DNA from: Eledone cirrhosa
Lineage: Eukaryota
Direction of reading: 5' to 3'
Assembly (NCBI GenBank): GCA_964016885.1
Contig: OZ024743.1
Coordinates: 214,830,001-214,894,000, forward strand
Length of the DNA: 64,000 nt
In this document: positions 59,781-64,000 of the stretch, piece after piece
How positions within the stretch are numbered: the stretch's first letter is position 1
Layout of the letters: each line of letters opens with the position of its first letter
The notes under the pieces: generated by a model
Seen by the model: the letters and a program-made list of their open reading frames with translations, nothing else
Told to the model about the DNA's origin: nothing
Database searches by the model: none
Made by a program: the position numbers and the translations under genes

Positions 59781-61299
59781 CACTACCATTGCATGACTTA
59801 CTAAAGAAACGGACTGTTCAGATTCCTAGTCCACAAGGATGCAAGCAAACTCTCTCTCTCACACACACACACACATACATACATACCCACATACACACAC
59901 ACACTCATACACACATACGCACATATTCACATATAAACATACATACACGCGCAGACGTATACACATACACATTCGTACACAAGCACACACACACATACAC
60001 ACAGATACACACATAAATATATATGTAAATATGTATTTACATAAATATATACATATATATATATGTGTGTGTCTGTGTGTGTATGCGTGTGTGTGTGATT
60101 GTGCACGAATGTGTATGTGTATACGTGTGCGCGTGTATGTATGTTTATATCTGAATATGTGTCTGTAGTATACTCTAATCTATTCATGTATGTATTTATC
60201 AGAATGAAGAGCCTTAAACCTAAGAGTCAAGGCGCGTTTGAAACTGATGAGGGAAAGAGAGGAAAATATAACTTCAGATAAAAGACTCGTATGAAAGGCT
60301 GTAGATTGATAGCAGTTGGTTGTAAATAAATAGAACCTATATGCGTGAGAAAATTCCAGTAAACAGCTCAGAATAACACATCTTTAAATGGGGCAATATC
60401 CAACCTTTGCAGAAGCAAAATTAATATTACTCTTTTTTTTTTTAAGTTCTTATGTTTATTGAGAGCTATAAGTAATTTTAGTATTGATTTCTCAGAGGAA
60501 TCAGTAATGAAATTAGTTTTCCAATTCATTTTACATGTGTGATTTCCATCTTACTTCGAAGAATAGAAAAGCGACGGAGCAAGTATATAACAACATTTAT
60601 GGATTTAACCTTTGGGAGTTTTGAATTTGCAATGCAGTTGAAATGTTTTGCTATGAGCTAATGTATTGTTTTTGTAGAGTTACAGTAGAATATTAGAAAA
60701 ATAGCGTAATATACACGAACAATGGAATATGACAAACATTCATAACATAAACTATATTCTTCAAGAAAATGAATTAAATGTTACAAAAGCCTTAACATGT
60801 ATGTTGAATTTAAAATGTCATCCGTTAATTCGTTTCAAAGCTATAAACTTAAATCAGTAGAAATATGATTAATATGAAAGACATGTGTGCCCATAATGTT
60901 ATGTAATCACTCTCAATTAATCAATTTCTCGAATAAAATGCAAGTGAAAAGAGTATCCCGTCTTAACTTAGTGAAGTAAGTTTCAAATATATTTCCCAGC
61001 TAAATTATTCCCATATATATTTGCATTATACACGTGATTATGAAATTTACTTTCAGCCGAAAACTGCATTTGAAATTAGACTAACGCCTACAAATCAAAC
61101 TATAAAAAAAATGAAAGGCAGTTATCTGACAAGTTGTTTAAAAATATCTGAGAGAACAAACTGTCGGATACAGAGGCGTGCGAATGTAAATTATTATCGT
61201 CCTAAGAATGAACATATTCTCTCGTGGGAGGATCATAGTAAAATTTCTTCAAACAATGATTAAACTAACCACTTTAGCAGGATTAATCAATATATATAT

Positions 61300-61406
<107 letters not shown>

Positions 61407-61474
61407 ATATATACATAAATGAATGCATGTACATGTATATATATATACATACATATATACAAACACACACACAT

Positions 61475-61508
<34 letters not shown>

Positions 61509-61780
61509 GATATGTGTGTATGTGTGTCATTGCGAAAATAGGCAGACGAAAATGCCAGCTGGTTGTGTATTGTATAAGTGGATATATTTATGTGGATAAT
61601 GACAATTTGAATAGTTCCAAAATTGGTTGCGAAGTGTTCGATTGATGATAATCAACAAGTAAAAATACATGTAGCCTAAGCGTTGGCAAGTCTTTATGCA
61701 ATGTAACTCAGTTAATTCAATAGAAATGGACCTTTATTATACACAACTTTGATGGAGGTATTAAACACGTAATCACGCAC

Positions 61781-61886
<106 letters not shown>

Positions 61887-61920
61887 TTTATATATATATA
61901 TATATATACACACACACATT

Positions 61921-62965
61921 GAATTCCATGTGCGTTTTTTCAGTCTGGGTTATGCCTTTTCATTGGTTCGGACAAAAGCTCGTTGAGGAGGTAAATTCCG
62001 GTCCGCTGGCTCCTAGAAGTCTTATATATTTTTATGTGATCTGATAGAGGGCAGTTTAAGGATTTACAGAAACCCAAGAAGCTAGATTTACCATCTTTCT
62101 AGCGGGTCCGGGTATGCTTTTTACATTCATTTGATTTATTGATTTATTGATATTTTATCTGAGTGTCCCGAATCTTCCAGATCGCAATTTTTCGGTCGTA
62201 TGGTTGATTATAGACTTGTTCTATGTGTGACGCTATTTTACCGATAGTTATAGCTCTGATTTATCTGAATTATTGAGCCCTCTGCCGCTCATTTCGAATT
62301 TTGTTTATCGTGATCTCGTGCGCCGATTTTTCGATACTCGATTATTCTACTATATTTAGCTCTAGACCTAGCTATTGACCAGTTAATTTTATTGTTCATT
62401 TTTTGTCGATTCTATTAAATGATGAATAGCTCCTGTTTATTTTAACATGTCTATTGAGCACTCTTATTCGATATGTGTATTTCCACATTTTCCCGAATAT
62501 CTTTTGCGGATATAGAGGTTATCTCCCTTGCTGAATTCCATGTGCGTTTTTTCAGCCTGGGTTATGCCTTTTCATTCGTGCGGACAAAAGCTCGTTGAGG
62601 AAGTAAATTCCGGTCCGCTGGCTCCTAGAAGTCTTATATATTTTTATGTGAGCTGATAGAGGGCAGTTTAAGGATTTACAGAAACCCAAGAAGCTAGATT
62701 TACCATCTTTCTAGCGGGTCCGCGTATGCTTTTTACATTCATTTGATTTATTGATTTATTGATATTTTATCTGAGTGTCCCGAATCTTCCAGATCGCAAT
62801 TTTTCGGTCGTATGGTTGATTATAGACTTGTTCTATGTGTGACGGTATTTTAACGATAGTTATAGCTCTGATTTATCTGAATTATTGAGCCCTCTGCCGC
62901 TCATTTCGAATTTTGTTTATCGTGAACACGTGCGCCGATTTTTCGATACTCGATTATTCTACTAT
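61921..62965 (+). repeat. 612-bp unit x ~1.7 between microsatellites
   Basis: GAATTCCATGTGCGTTTTT at 61921 and 62533; units near-identical. Confidence 0.92.
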
Positions 62966-64000
62966 ATATATATATATAAACATATATATAATAAATATAA
63001 TGAATATAATGATATATTGCGTTGATTACATGTGCCAACAAACCGTTTATACATAGTTATAGATTTAAAAAAAAATGAATATGGCGTTCGGAAAATATTC
63101 CTACCTTGTTAGAGTATCCTCGAAATTTCATGTCAAAATATCCCTTTGGAAGTTTTACATCGATGTAAAACATAACCTCACAGTATAACCTAAACAAACG
63201 TAGAGTGAGTGTAAATTGTGTATAAACCAACCCGACGGAAACAACGAATATGTTTCGATCATATATCTCCTTAGAGGTACACCTTGGTAACACACACAAT
63301 CAGGGTATTATTACCATCTATTTTCCTCTATTCATATCTAACAATATCTATTGACTTCAAGTTTCCTAGAAGTTATAGTTAACTCTTTGAATGTATTAGA
63401 TACTTTATTCTGAGGACAATAATTTCGGAGTGTTTATCTCGTATTTAGCAATGAAATATTTTGTGAATCTTTGCAATAACATTTTACATATACCACAAAA
63501 TAGAGTTGCAAAGAGCAAGAAGTGTTTATGTATACACATGCATTTATCGTTTCATTTTCTTCATGTATCAAAGACACAATAGACGAAACAAAATACAATC
63601 TTCCAAAGATTAAAGTACAAAAGAATCAATATATTAATATGCAGAAAAAAGAATCATTTTATCACACAGTACAATCGGTGCCAATTTTATCCCAGCTTCG
63701 ACAACTTGGTGAAAGATATTCTAGTATAGCTTGGGATAATTGACAAATTACTTCCTGACTAGACGGGAAATATATGGTAAATTTCAATTAGCTAATCTAA
63801 AATCAATTCTGCATCTATTTCCACTCTTTCTTCTTTTTGTTTGCCACAAGCGAATATGTATAAACATATGCGCTCGCACGCATATATATAAAATATACAT
63901 GCACGCATACATGAATATATATATGTATATACACATATGTGTATGCGTATGCGTTTGTGTGTCGTATATATACATATGTATAAACACATATATATATTTA

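Overview
AT-rich, microsatellite-dense eukaryotic DNA with no supportable host gene. The repeat content, especially the tRNA-derived SINE family, suggests an octopus/cephalopod genome (inference). Most ORF-track entries are translations of (TA)n/(CA)n/(GA)n tracts. The real content is a cluster of retroelements inserted into (TA)n tracts. (1) Penelope-like elements (PLEs; RT plus C-terminal GIY-YIG) of at least three types (Hydra-like, Neptune-like, probably Nematis-like), with pseudo-LTRs carrying minimal hammerhead ribozymes (HHRs). (2) Several unrelated non-coding repeats of about 310-720 bp, present as more than one unit and often folded back head-to-head. At least four carry a readable type I HHR and look like non-LTR retrozymes; the best is a near-identical 310-bp array of about 10 units at 12463-15517 with 10 HHRs. 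(3) An internally deleted PLE with an upstream ORF1 joined to the ATG-less RT frame by a UUUUUUA -1 frameshift-like signal. (4) Neptune-like 3' UTRs with conserved paired ACUAAY (STAR/Quaking-type) motifs. (5) Bipartite RTE derivatives, a decayed R4/Dong-like element with an apparent 5' inversion, and tRNA SINEs. Inverted duplications of flanking DNA across (TA)n tracts recur four times. All structures were read by eye; nothing was computed or searched.
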